Position numbers and translations under genes: made by a program
In this document: positions 1 through 8,907 of the stretch, piece by piece
Numbering within the stretch: the stretch's first letter is position 1
How the letters are laid out: each line of letters opens with the position of its first letter
Notes under the pieces: model-generated
Database searches by the model: none
The model's input: only the letters and a program-made list of their open reading frames with translations
What the model was told of the DNA's origin: nothing
NCBI GenBank assembly: GCA_027053075.1
Contig: JALUEE010000029.1
Location: 1-17,009, forward strand
Origin: a candidate division WOR-3 bacterium
Lineage (GTDB): Bacteria > Hydrothermota > Hydrothermia > B15-G9 > WFZT01
DNA: 17,009 nucleotides
Direction: 5' to 3'

Positions 1-1
1 C

Positions 2-1111
2 ACCCTCTTCGGGCTTTACGAATTACGAAATGGTGTGTGGAAGAAGGTCCGTATCCCCACACATGAGAAAAGAGTGGTAGATATTACAGAAAAGCAGGAT
101 ACGATAATTTTGCTGACACGTTCGCATTTCATCAAAACTGTAAATCTGCAAGAAATGGAAGTTCTGGAGCTACCACCACCTGCCGGATACGATGGGAAGG
201 TAAGCCTTTTTAAGACCATGTGGATGCTCCATTCTGGCGAGCTTTTTGGCTGGTTTGGAAAAATTTTTGTTGATATCCTTGCCCTTGTTTTTATTTTTCT
301 CGTTATCTCTGGAACGTACTATTTCTTTGGCTATTACATTGTAAAATTTCGGAAAGGCAATCCGGGTGGGTGGCTTAATCGGAGTATGAGGTTCTTACTT
401 CGCTGGCATAATAAACTTGGGTGGATGGCCGTTTTATTTCTCTTGATTTTGACCATAACGGGTATGTTTTTAAGGCCCCCTCTCCTTGCACTTGTGGCAT
501 GGAGCAGGGTACCGAAGATTCCATTTACCACTCTCGGCTCCCATAATGCATGGTATGATCGTTTGAGGGCTGTGCTTTATAGAGATGATATAAAGGGCTA
601 CATAATTGCCACCAATGATGGAATCTACTATGCCGCAGAAGATCTCAAGGAGCCTTTGAGGAGATTCAGGCCTGCACCACCTGTAAATGTTATGGGTATA
701 ACGGTTTTCAAGCCCAATGGTGACGGGAAAATACTTGTTGGCTCTTTTGATGGATTATTCGAATGGGATTACAAAACCGGTATGTTCTACGATTATATCA
801 GGAAAATTCCAGGCTATCGGTACCCATCCCCGCTTGTTACAGGCTTTACAGATGACATCAGGGGTGAGTTTTATTTTGATTATGACAAAGGTGCGCGTCC
901 CATAGGCACTTTCCGTGAATTTCCCGCTATGCCGCAGGAGATTGCGGATTTGCCCATCTCACTCTGGAATGCAGCTCTGGAGATTCACACGGGCAGGGCA
1001 TACATGAACCTTTTCAAAGAATTCACCATTCTTTACATACCCCTTGCCGGCCTCATACTGCTCAGCATTTTTACAACAGGCTTTGTTGTGTGGTGGAAGT
1101 TATTTAAATAG
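2..1111 (+). CDS. PepSY-associated TM helix domain membrane protein (putative iron-uptake/ferric reductase-like), 5'-truncated
   Basis: The frame is open from base 2 (TLFGLYELRNGVWKK...), so the true start lies outside the window. Repeated His-containing helix-entry motifs (MWMLHSGELFG, LLRWHNKLG, LEIHTGRAY) are each followed by hydrophobic TM segments (LILTITGMFL, IFTTGFVVWW), with a beta-rich soluble region between them. Confidence 0.75.
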   Translation, partial: TLFGLYELRNGVWKKVRIPTHEKRVVDITEKQDTIILLTRSHFIKTVNLQEMEVLELPPPAGYDGKVSLFKTMWMLHSGELFGWFGKIFVDILALVFIFLVISGTYYFFGYYIVKFRKGNPGGWLNRSMRFLLRWHNKLGWMAVLFLLILTITGMFLRPPLLALVAWSRVPKIPFTTLGSHNAWYDRLRAVLYRDDIKGYIIATNDGIYYAAEDLKEPLRRFRPAPPVNVMGITVFKPNGDGKILVGSFDGLFEWDYKTGMFYDYIRKIPGYRYPSPLVTGFTDDIRGEFYFDYDKGARPIGTFREFPAMPQEIADLPISLWNAALEIHTGRAYMNLFKEFTILYIPLAGLILLSIFTTGFVVWWKLFK

Positions 1112-1200
1112 AGCTGAAAATTCGGGTGCATTCTAAATGAGGGGGATACTAAAAAGAGTAATTGTAGGATGGAGCTTTAAAGATTGGGGTTTTTGAGCTT

Positions 1201-1233
1201 AAAATGTGCGCCCCCGCTTCGCGGGGGCGCACA
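1201..1233 (-). terminator. Intrinsic terminator hairpin downstream of acnA (possibly bidirectional)
   Basis: Perfect 13-bp stem TGTGCGCCCCCGC (1205-1217), loop TTC, GCGGGGGCGCACA (1221-1233). It is followed by TTTT on the minus strand, lies 6 nt past the acnA stop, and sits between convergent genes. Confidence 0.8.
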
Positions 1234-1239
1234 CAAATT

Positions 1240-3924
1240 TTATCCCTTCAACATATTCCTCAACACGTAATTCAAAATTCCACCGTGCTTGTAATACTCA
1301 ACCTCGATAGGTGTATCCACTCGGGCAATAACATTGAATTTAATCTCCGTGCCATCCTCTTTCACCGCTGTAACCTCTAATTTCTTTCCAGGAGTCAGGC
1401 CTTCTTTTATGCCTCTGATGTGATAGACTTCCCTGCCGTCAAGACCAAGAGTCTCTTTGTTTTCACCGGGCATGAACTGGAGCGGCAGCACTCCCATTCC
1501 AACAAGATTACTCCTGTGAATTCTCTCAAAGCTTTCCGCAATTACTGCCTTAATACCGAGGAGCATGGTGCCTTTTGCAGCCCAGTCTCGAGAGCTTCCA
1601 GAACCGTATTCCTTGCCTGCAATAACAAGTAGCGGTGTGCCGTCTTCCTGATATTTCATGGCGGCATCGTAAATGGTCATTACCTCACCAGTTGGGAGAT
1701 AGACTGTCCAGCCACCTTCTTTCCCGGGAACAAGCTGATTTCTAAGTCTCACATTTGCAAATGTTCCGCGCATCATTACCTCATGGTTACCCCTGCGTGA
1801 GCCATATGTGTTGAATTCCTCAGGCTTCACACCCTTTGAAAGAAGGTATTTGCCAGCGGGGGAATCAACAGGTATCGGGCCTGCAGGTGAGATGTGGTCG
1901 GTTGTTATGGTATCTCCAAGAAGTGCAAGGACGCGAGCATTCAAGATATCGTCAGGCTCTGGAACCTCTGGGGTGAGGTCTTTAAAGAAAGGTGGCTCCT
2001 GCACATAAGTAGAATTGGGGTCCCAGTTGTAAAGCTCGCTCTTTTCTACAGGCAGGCTCTTCCATCTCTCATCACCTTCGAATACGTGGGCATATTTTGC
2101 TTTGTACATGTCAGAGGAGATGACAGAATCAATGATTTCGTTAACCTCTTTGGTTGTAGGCCAGAGGTCTTTGAGGTAAACAGGTTCATTGTTGGGATCG
2201 TAGGCTATTGGCTCATTATAAAGGTCAATGTCGAATGTTCCAGCTAATGCATAAATTACTACAAGTGGTGGAGATGCAAGAAATGCAGCCCTCACTATGG
2301 GGCTTACACGTCCCTCGTAGTTTCTATTACCACTCAGCACTGCAGCTGTCACAAAATTGTGTTCTTTGATAGCATCCGCAACTTCCTTTCTCAAAGGCCC
2401 ACTGTTTCCAATACAGGTGGTGCATCCATAGCCCACAACGTGGAATCTCAGGGCCTCGAGATAGGGGAGCAGTTCGGCTTTCTCAAGATAGTCTTTTACA
2501 ACCTGAGAGCCAGGGGCAAGACTTGTTTTGACGTGGGGAGGAACTTCAAGTCCACGTTCCACGGCCTTCTTTGCAACCAGACCCGCTGCTATGAGGACAA
2601 ATGGGTTTGATGTGTTTGTACAGCTCGTAATCGCTGCTATACAGACTGAGCCGTGACCGAATTTTGTTTTAATTCCATCAATTTCGAGGTCAATGGCCTC
2701 TTTTTCGGGATCAGGAATTTCCTTGCCGATAAAGTAACTGATGGAGTCTCTGAATGCCTTTTTGGCATCTTTTAAAAGAACCTTCTCATGCGGTTTCTTC
2801 GGCCCTGCCACAGTGGGCTCAACTGTGGACATATCGAGTTCGAGTACGTCGGTATATTGGACTCCCTCGGCCATGCTCGTGTCAAACATACCCTGTTCTT
2901 TGAGATATGCCTCAACGAGTGCCACCTGCTCATCTGATCTTCCTGATTTCTTCATGTATTTCAGGGTAGTTTCATCAACAGGGAACAGGTTGACAGTGGA
3001 GCCGCACTCAGGTGCCATATTGGATACTGTTGCTCTGTCCTCTAATCTCAGAGATTTCACACCAGGGCCAAAGAATTCAACAAATTTTCCAACAACTCCC
3101 TTGTCCCTGAGCATTCTGACAATGGTTAGAATAAGGTCAGTGGCAGTGGCTCCGTCCGGAAGCTCTCCGGTAAGTTTAAACCCAATAACCTCAGGTGTAA
3201 GCATGTAAATAGGCTGTCCTAAAACTGCGGCCTCGGCTTCAATTCCACCGACACCCCAGCCGAGGACACCAAGACCATTGATCATCACGGTGTGTGAGTC
3301 TGTTCCAACGAGTGTATCGGGGTAGGCAAATCCATTGTTGGACATGACCACTTTGCCAAGGTATTCAAGGTTAACCTGATGAATAATACCGGTACCTGGA
3401 GGAACGACTCTGAAATTTGCAAATGAGTTCTGTGCCCATTTCAAGAGTGTGTATCTCTCTTTGTTGCGCTTGTATTCAAAATCAAGGTTTTTGAAGATTG
3501 CGTAGGATGTGCCAAAGAAGTCAACCTGTACCGAGTGGTCAATTATAAGATCGGACTGGATGATAGGATTGACCTTTTCCGGGTCTCCGCCGAGTCTTGC
3601 CATAGCAGAGCGCATGGCCGCGAGATCAACAACTGCGGGGACACCTGTGAAATCCTGCATGACAATTCTGGCTGGCATGAATGGAATCTCCTTCCGCTCC
3701 TTCATATCCGGCGACCAGCTCAGGATGGTTTTTACGTCGTCCTCTGTGATGTGTTTTCCGTCAATATTTCTTACAATATTTTCGACAAGCACCCTGATGG
3801 AATAAGGGAGTTTGGTAACATCCACTCCCAGTGCTTCCCCCACTTTGTTTATGTCATAAAATTTGAACTCACCGTGGGGTGTCTTCAGGGTCCTCAAAGC
3901 CAGTTCTTTCAACTCTGTGCCCAT
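1240..3924 (-). CDS. acnA: Aconitate hydratase A (894 aa)
   Basis: Motifs QDFTGVPAVVDLAAMR, DHSVQVD, GIIHQVNLE, GTDSHT, SCTNTSNP, GYGCTTCIGNSG (three [4Fe-4S] Cys), TTDHISPAG, YGSGSSRDWAAKG. Start moved to the ATG at 3924, which has GGAGGT (3931-3936) 6 nt upstream. Confidence 0.97.
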   Translation of the reverse strand: MGTELKELALRTLKTPHGEFKFYDINKVGEALGVDVTKLPYSIRVLVENIVRNIDGKHITEDDVKTILSWSPDMKERKEIPFMPARIVMQDFTGVPAVVDLAAMRSAMARLGGDPEKVNPIIQSDLIIDHSVQVDFFGTSYAIFKNLDFEYKRNKERYTLLKWAQNSFANFRVVPPGTGIIHQVNLEYLGKVVMSNNGFAYPDTLVGTDSHTVMINGLGVLGWGVGGIEAEAAVLGQPIYMLTPEVIGFKLTGELPDGATATDLILTIVRMLRDKGVVGKFVEFFGPGVKSLRLEDRATVSNMAPECGSTVNLFPVDETTLKYMKKSGRSDEQVALVEAYLKEQGMFDTSMAEGVQYTDVLELDMSTVEPTVAGPKKPHEKVLLKDAKKAFRDSISYFIGKEIPDPEKEAIDLEIDGIKTKFGHGSVCIAAITSCTNTSNPFVLIAAGLVAKKAVERGLEVPPHVKTSLAPGSQVVKDYLEKAELLPYLEALRFHVVGYGCTTCIGNSGPLRKEVADAIKEHNFVTAAVLSGNRNYEGRVSPIVRAAFLASPPLVVIYALAGTFDIDLYNEPIAYDPNNEPVYLKDLWPTTKEVNEIIDSVISSDMYKAKYAHVFEGDERWKSLPVEKSELYNWDPNSTYVQEPPFFKDLTPEVPEPDDILNARVLALLGDTITTDHISPAGPIPVDSPAGKYLLSKGVKPEEFNTYGSRRGNHEVMMRGTFANVRLRNQLVPGKEGGWTVYLPTGEVMTIYDAAMKYQEDGTPLLVIAGKEYGSGSSRDWAAKGTMLLGIKAVIAESFERIHRSNLVGMGVLPLQFMPGENKETLGLDGREVYHIRGIKEGLTPGKKLEVTAVKEDGTEIKFNVIARVDTPIEVEYYKHGGILNYVLRNMLKG

Positions 3925-3952
3925 TTTTTTACCTCCAGGCAAATTTTTTTGA

Positions 3953-3982
3953 ATTATAAAGCAAAAAACAAATACCAGCCAA
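3953..3982 (-). promoter_or_regulatory. Putative sigma70 promoter of acnA
   Basis: Minus strand TTGGCT (3982-3977), 18 nt spacer, TATAAT (3958-3953), about 30 nt upstream of the start codon. Confidence 0.5.
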
Positions 3983-4349
3983 AAGCCAAAAATGCTTATG
4001 AAAATGTTGGTCTCTGCGGGTGCAAAATAATAATTGGATATGTTTTTTAGATAAGGGCTCGTTTGAGGCTATTAATTGATGATACCCCTTTACTTTTTAA
4101 GCTCTGTTACAGATGCCAGTATCGTTCTTTATGACGGAGTCCCGTATAGAAGAGATGTGGCTTAGGTGCTTTCCTATGTTAAGATGGAAATACACAAAAT
4201 AAGTTTTTAATCGCCATAATTTGCTGGATGTTCACTCAAAGATTATTTTGTTTGCAAATGACAGGTGAGTACACAGGGGAAGTAAAAATGGGGATTTTAA
4301 TCTTGCTGCCAAATTCTAAGATTATAAAAAACTTTTTGTGCTGGAATTG

Positions 4350-4378
4350 TTGTCCAAAGTTGTCTAAGATTTTATCAT
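4350..4378 (+). promoter_or_regulatory. Putative sigma70 promoter of the R-M operon
   Basis: TTGTCC (4350-4355), 17 nt spacer, TATCAT (4373-4378), upstream of the ATG at 4406. Confidence 0.4.
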
Positions 4379-4405
4379 AATAGTATTAGTAAACAAAGAA
4401 CTCGC

Positions 4406-5674
4406 ATGGAAAATTGGATAAAAATAGTTATAGGTGATAGTCGTAAGATGCTGGAAGTAGAGGATCAGTCTGTCCAGCTAATTGTTACATCACCACCATA
4501 CTGGTCCATAAAAAACTATGGAGTTAAAGATCAAATTGGATACGGACAAACCTTACATGAATATCTGAAAGACCTCTATAGGGTTTGGAGGGAGTCATTC
4601 AGGGTTCTGGAACCAGGAAGGAGACTTGTTATCAATATAGGAGATCAATTTGCAAGGTCCATAGTTTATGGTAGATATAAGATTATCCCTCTCCATGCTG
4701 AGATAATTGCTCAATGTGAAGATATCGGGTTCGATTACATGGGGTCAATTATCTGGCAAAAGAAAACCACAATGAATACAACAGGTGGAGCAAATGTGAT
4801 GGGCTCGTATCCTTATCCCCCAAATGGGATGGTAGAGATAGATTACGAGCACATTCTCATATTTAAAAAGCCCGGTAAAAGTAAAAAAATCCCCGAAGAT
4901 ATCAAGAAAAAATCCCGATTGTCTAAGGAAGAATGGAAAGAATATTTTTATGGGCACTGGTATTTTGGCGGAGCACGACAGATAGACCATCAGGCAATGT
5001 TCCCGGAGGAATTGCCCAAACGCATAATAAAAATGTTTACTTTCATCGGTGAAACTGTCCTTGACCCTTTTATAGGAAGTGGGACCACGGCGAAAGTCGC
5101 TCTGGAATTGGGAAGAAACGCGATAGGATATGAGATAAATGAAGATTTCCTTAAACTTATCAAAAAGAAAATAGGGATGAATAGTATTTTCAAGGAAAAA
5201 ATTGAAATTGTTAAAAGGGATTTGCCGATAACTCCTGAAGATGTTGAATATACCCCGAGAATAAAAGATGCAGAACCCGTAATTGAACCGGATAAGTTGA
5301 GATTTGGCAAAAACGGATTGTATAAAGTGGTGGATATTTTTGAAGATGGCAGTCTGAAGCTTGACACAGGGCTTGTTGTGAAATTCAGGGGTATCGTTAT
5401 AACCAATTTAGAAAAAGCTATTCCCTACTTGAGACGGTATATACTCAAAAAGCAAGTGTTTCTTAAATTTGATAAAGGGTATGTAGCGAGTAAAGATCTG
5501 GTAGAAGCGTACGTGTATCTCAAAAATAAAATATTTGTTAATGCTTATTTAATAAAGAGTGGGTTGGCAGTAGTGGATAATAATTCCGATTTTGATCTAA
5601 AGAGTAAATTTTTAAAATTGAAGGTTAATACAGAAAAAGCTGAGAAAATGGCTAAAGGGGAAAAGAATAGGTGA
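4406..5674 (+). CDS. Beta-class N4-cytosine/N6-adenine DNA methyltransferase with C-terminal thermonuclease (SNase)-like domain
   Basis: Catalytic motif IV (VTSPPY) precedes SAM-binding motif I (VLDPFIGSGTT), with HQAMFPEEL and AIGYEINE also present. The C-terminal ~115 aa (KVVDIFEDGSLKL...KFRGI...AYVYLKNKIFVNAYLIKSGLAVVD) follow the SNase OB-fold pattern. Confidence 0.9.
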   Translation: MENWIKIVIGDSRKMLEVEDQSVQLIVTSPPYWSIKNYGVKDQIGYGQTLHEYLKDLYRVWRESFRVLEPGRRLVINIGDQFARSIVYGRYKIIPLHAEIIAQCEDIGFDYMGSIIWQKKTTMNTTGGANVMGSYPYPPNGMVEIDYEHILIFKKPGKSKKIPEDIKKKSRLSKEEWKEYFYGHWYFGGARQIDHQAMFPEELPKRIIKMFTFIGETVLDPFIGSGTTAKVALELGRNAIGYEINEDFLKLIKKKIGMNSIFKEKIEIVKRDLPITPEDVEYTPRIKDAEPVIEPDKLRFGKNGLYKVVDIFEDGSLKLDTGLVVKFRGIVITNLEKAIPYLRRYILKKQVFLKFDKGYVASKDLVEAYVYLKNKIFVNAYLIKSGLAVVDNNSDFDLKSKFLKLKVNTEKAEKMAKGEKNR

Positions 5675-5690
5675 GAAGTGAGGTGTATCT

Positions 5691-6308
5691 ATGGAGTTTA
5701 AAATAAAGGCTGATGAAATAAGGAGATTAATGGAGATAAAAGCTCCAGAATTTCCAAAGTATGCAAGCCAGATTATAAACCTGGCCAACCAGAATGCACA
5801 GGCGACGAGACCGAGAGTTGTAGGAAAGATGAGCGAACTCATAAAAGAGTTTACTGGAAGGACACTCGAGGAATGGGAGGAGTGGTATTTGGAAAGATAC
5901 CCGGAATCAATAGATGTAGCAACTAAAAAGATTCTCGAAATGATTAATAATTTGAAAGAGGTCATTAATCAGATAGATGAAGATATGATCAGACAATGGG
6001 TAAGAGACCTTGTGATTGTGAAAACCTTTATTGGATTGAGATTTCAGGAAGCTGTTTTAAAAAAGATTGCTGGAAAATTTGGTACGGTTTATCGACTATC
6101 AACCCCTGAAGAGGAAAGCAAAGGAATTGATGGGTATATCGGGAATATACCCGTTAGCCTGAAACCAATTACTTACGAGTCCAAGAAGATGCTGTCAGAA
6201 AGAATAGAAGCGGATGTTATATATTACGAAAAACAAAAAGACGGATTGAAAATAATAATCCCTACAGATTTAGAACTTAAACTGGATAAGCAACGAAAAA
6301 CGATTTGA
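5691..6308 (+). CDS. MjaI-family type II restriction endonuclease
   Basis: N-terminal FPKYASQIINLANQNAQATRPRVVGKMSELI and WVRDLVIVKTFIG match my recollection of the MjaI family. EEESKGIDGYIG..VSLKP resembles a PD-(D/E)xK core. SD GAGGTG at 5680-5685. The gene starts 16 nt after the MTase. Confidence 0.8.
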   Translation: MEFKIKADEIRRLMEIKAPEFPKYASQIINLANQNAQATRPRVVGKMSELIKEFTGRTLEEWEEWYLERYPESIDVATKKILEMINNLKEVINQIDEDMIRQWVRDLVIVKTFIGLRFQEAVLKKIAGKFGTVYRLSTPEEESKGIDGYIGNIPVSLKPITYESKKMLSERIEADVIYYEKQKDGLKIIIPTDLELKLDKQRKTI

Positions 6309-6400
6309 GGCCATTTCCATCTTCTTTCAGTATATAAATGGCCCTCTGTAGATTCCCAAGATTTCAGCCTGCATTTTTTTATTTGTCGTCATATATTGGC

Positions 6401-7591
6401 TTAATCAATAAGCTTGATTTTGTTGAGGATTAGGTTGAAGGTTTTTTCGGAGGCGCCGGTTCTGGACTCTATTGCCTCAAGTGCTTTCCTTCCCATCTCC
6501 TTCCTTTTTCCTTCGTCCTGAATGAGTTCCCGCAGAGTTTGCAAAAGCTCTTCTTCGGTCTCAATTTCTTTTGCCCCACCAAATTCCTTTAAAAGCTCTC
6601 CAGCTTCTTTAATATTTGAGTAATATGGCCCCATTATGACAGGTATTCCTACATAGGCGGGCTCTATCAGGCTATGCCCCCCATAGTTTGCAAGAGTTCC
6701 CCCCACAAAGGCAATATCGGCAATGTGATAAAAGTCAAACAACTCACCGAGAGTGTCGAGTATCAAAACTTTATCTCTGTAGAATTTCCCTCTTGTATTT
6801 CGCAGAATATAAGGTATTCCTCTTGCCTTTAACTTCGCGACTATAAACTCCTTTCTTATTAGATGCCTCGGCGCGATGATAAACTGAACGTTTTTGAATT
6901 CCCTTCTCAGTTTATCTATGGTTCTGATTACTGCATCTTCTTCCTTCGTTCGTATGCTTCCAAAAATAACGATGATATCATCTTTCCGGTATCCGTGAAA
7001 TTCGCGGCTTACAACTTTGTATGGCCTTTTCACCGCGTCGTATTTGAGGCTGCCAATTACCTTTACCCTTTCAGGAGGTGCTCCAAGCTCGATAAACCTT
7101 TCCGAATCTATTTTAGATTGGGCGAGAATTAATTCAAACTGGTTCAACATCATGGAAATGTGTTTCTTAAATTTTCTGTATCTCGGGAAGCTTTTCTCTG
7201 AGATTCTTGCATTGATCAGGAATTTTGGAATTCCCTTCGTGGTCAAAATCAAATTAGGCCAGAGCTCTGTTTCCGTGATTATCAGTGCCTTAGGCTGAAC
7301 AATTCTCACGAGGTTCTCGATCTCGGATTTTTTGTCATAAGGGAATCTGCTCACTTCGACACTTTCCTTCCAGAGGATCTTTGCGCGCTCCTGCCCGGTT
7401 TTGGTGAATGTGGTTATAAAGAGAGAAATGTGGCGCTCGATGAAAAGATTCACAAGGTAGGCTATAGTGTTGATTTCTCCGACCGAGGAGGCATGAATCC
7501 ATATATCCCGGGGACTTGTGGGGTATTGCACATCAACTCGAGCAAAGAAATTTACTAAGTTTATGATGAGTTGGTAGATTTGCTCAATCAC
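6401..7591 (-). CDS. waaA: 3-deoxy-D-manno-octulosonic acid (Kdo) transferase
   Basis: Motifs IWIHASSVGE, ETELWPN, INARISEKS, IIAPRH, DTLGEL, AFVGGTL..GGHSLIEPA. The GTG start overlaps the upstream TGA. Confidence 0.93.
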   Translation of the reverse strand: MIEQIYQLIINLVNFFARVDVQYPTSPRDIWIHASSVGEINTIAYLVNLFIERHISLFITTFTKTGQERAKILWKESVEVSRFPYDKKSEIENLVRIVQPKALIITETELWPNLILTTKGIPKFLINARISEKSFPRYRKFKKHISMMLNQFELILAQSKIDSERFIELGAPPERVKVIGSLKYDAVKRPYKVVSREFHGYRKDDIIVIFGSIRTKEEDAVIRTIDKLRREFKNVQFIIAPRHLIRKEFIVAKLKARGIPYILRNTRGKFYRDKVLILDTLGELFDFYHIADIAFVGGTLANYGGHSLIEPAYVGIPVIMGPYYSNIKEAGELLKEFGGAKEIETEEELLQTLRELIQDEGKRKEMGRKALEAIESRTGASEKTFNLILNKIKLID

Positions 7592-8895
7592 CGCGAGAAC
7601 TTATCCTTTATTTTTCTCACAATTTTATTGAATTCAGCGAAGCTCCTCTCTATATCTATGGTTTTGAACTCGCCATCGTAGAGCAGTTTACCATTTACCA
7701 CGACATGAGTTATATCGGTTCCCTTGGCAGCATAAACAATGTGTGAAATGGGATTGTAAACAGGAGTCCCGTGCGGTGTATTTATCCTGACTGTAACGAG
7801 GTCTGCAAGATACCCTTCTCTAATGTCTCCCAGATCGTGGTATCCGAGGGCACGAGCACCTCGAAGTGTCGCAGATTTCAGGACCTCTTCGGCGGGGCAA
7901 GACGTTGGCTCCATGGTGTGCACTTTACAAACAAGGGCCATAAACTTCATTTCCTGAAACATATCAAGGGAGTTGTTTGAAGCGTCACCATCGGTACCGA
8001 GGGCCAGAACAGCTTCTTTCTCAATATACTTTGTGTGTGGTGCCACCCCAGAGGCGAGTTTCGCGTTACTCTGCGGGCATGAGGCGATTCCCACGTGTTT
8101 ATTGGCAAATATCCCAATTTCTTCATCATCGAGCCAGACAGAGTGGGCTGCTACCACAAGCTCACTTAAAAAACCGATTGAATTTAAGTATCTCACGGGC
8201 GTGTCACCGTATTTCTCTTTTATCTCCTCAACTTCCTTTTGTGTCTCTGCCACATGTATTTGAATTGGAATATTGTGCTTTTCCGCCAATTCCCTCGATT
8301 TTTCCAAGATTTCCGGTGTTGTGGTATAAGGGGCATGAGGACCGATAGATGGTTTTACCAGCTCGTGCCCGAGCCAGTCTTTGATGAATTCACGCACGTA
8401 GTCAAGTTGTTTTTTCCAGTTTGAGGCGGTAGGCGTGGGGAAATTTATCACACCTTCGGCAAGCACTGCTCTCATCCCAATTTGAGAGATCACCTCTGCT
8501 GCATCACGCTCAAAGAAATACATATCTGCGTAGGTGGTGGTGCCAGTGGAGAGCATTTCAGCGGCAGCAATTGGAAGGGAGGTACGGATGAATTTTTTGT
8601 CAACAAACTTGGCCTCGGCGGGCCAGATGTAATTCTGGAGCCAATCGAAAAGTGGAAGGTCATCGGCCAATCCCCTGAAAGCTATCATAGCCGCGTGCGT
8701 ATGCGCATTTACAAGTCCGGGCATTACAATAAAATCGTCTCCCCCGATTGTCTCTTTAGCATCATACTCAATCTCACCCTCTCTGAAAACACGTTCAATG
8801 CGATTTCCTTTAATGCCAACGACTCCATTCTCAATAACTCCATGGAAAAATGAAACCACAAATTTCCCCTTTATTGCAAGATCAAATTCGTTCAT
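7588..8895 (-). CDS. mtaD: Amidohydrolase, 5'-methylthioadenosine/S-adenosylhomocysteine deaminase type
   Basis: Motifs MPGLVNAHTH, FRGLADDLPL..WLQ.YIWPAEA, GPHAPYT, IHVAET, AAHSV, SNAKLASG, LGTDG..SNNSLDMFQEM. The ATG at 8895 has GAGGTG 6 nt upstream. Substrate is inferred from family resemblance. Confidence 0.8.
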   Translation of the reverse strand: MNEFDLAIKGKFVVSFFHGVIENGVVGIKGNRIERVFREGEIEYDAKETIGGDDFIVMPGLVNAHTHAAMIAFRGLADDLPLFDWLQNYIWPAEAKFVDKKFIRTSLPIAAAEMLSTGTTTYADMYFFERDAAEVISQIGMRAVLAEGVINFPTPTASNWKKQLDYVREFIKDWLGHELVKPSIGPHAPYTTTPEILEKSRELAEKHNIPIQIHVAETQKEVEEIKEKYGDTPVRYLNSIGFLSELVVAAHSVWLDDEEIGIFANKHVGIASCPQSNAKLASGVAPHTKYIEKEAVLALGTDGDASNNSLDMFQEMKFMALVCKVHTMEPTSCPAEEVLKSATLRGARALGYHDLGDIREGYLADLVTVRINTPHGTPVYNPISHIVYAAKGTDITHVVVNGKLLYDGEFKTIDIERSFAEFNKIVRKIKDKFSR

Positions 8896-8907
8896 TTTAA
8901 TCACCTC

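Noticed and set aside
1420..4050. Several plus-strand ORFs (66-171 aa) opposite acnA
   Set aside because: They lie antisense to a highly conserved gene, with no recognisable motifs.
6309..6343. GGCCATTT...AAATGGCC inverted repeat after the endonuclease gene
   Set aside because: An 8-bp stem with a 19-nt loop and no adjacent U-tract is too weak to call a terminator or element end.
7588..8895. Functional link between the SAH deaminase and the nearby DNA methyltransferase (removal of inhibitory SAH)
   Set aside because: They are on opposite strands, in separate operons, with different base composition; proximity is probably coincidental.
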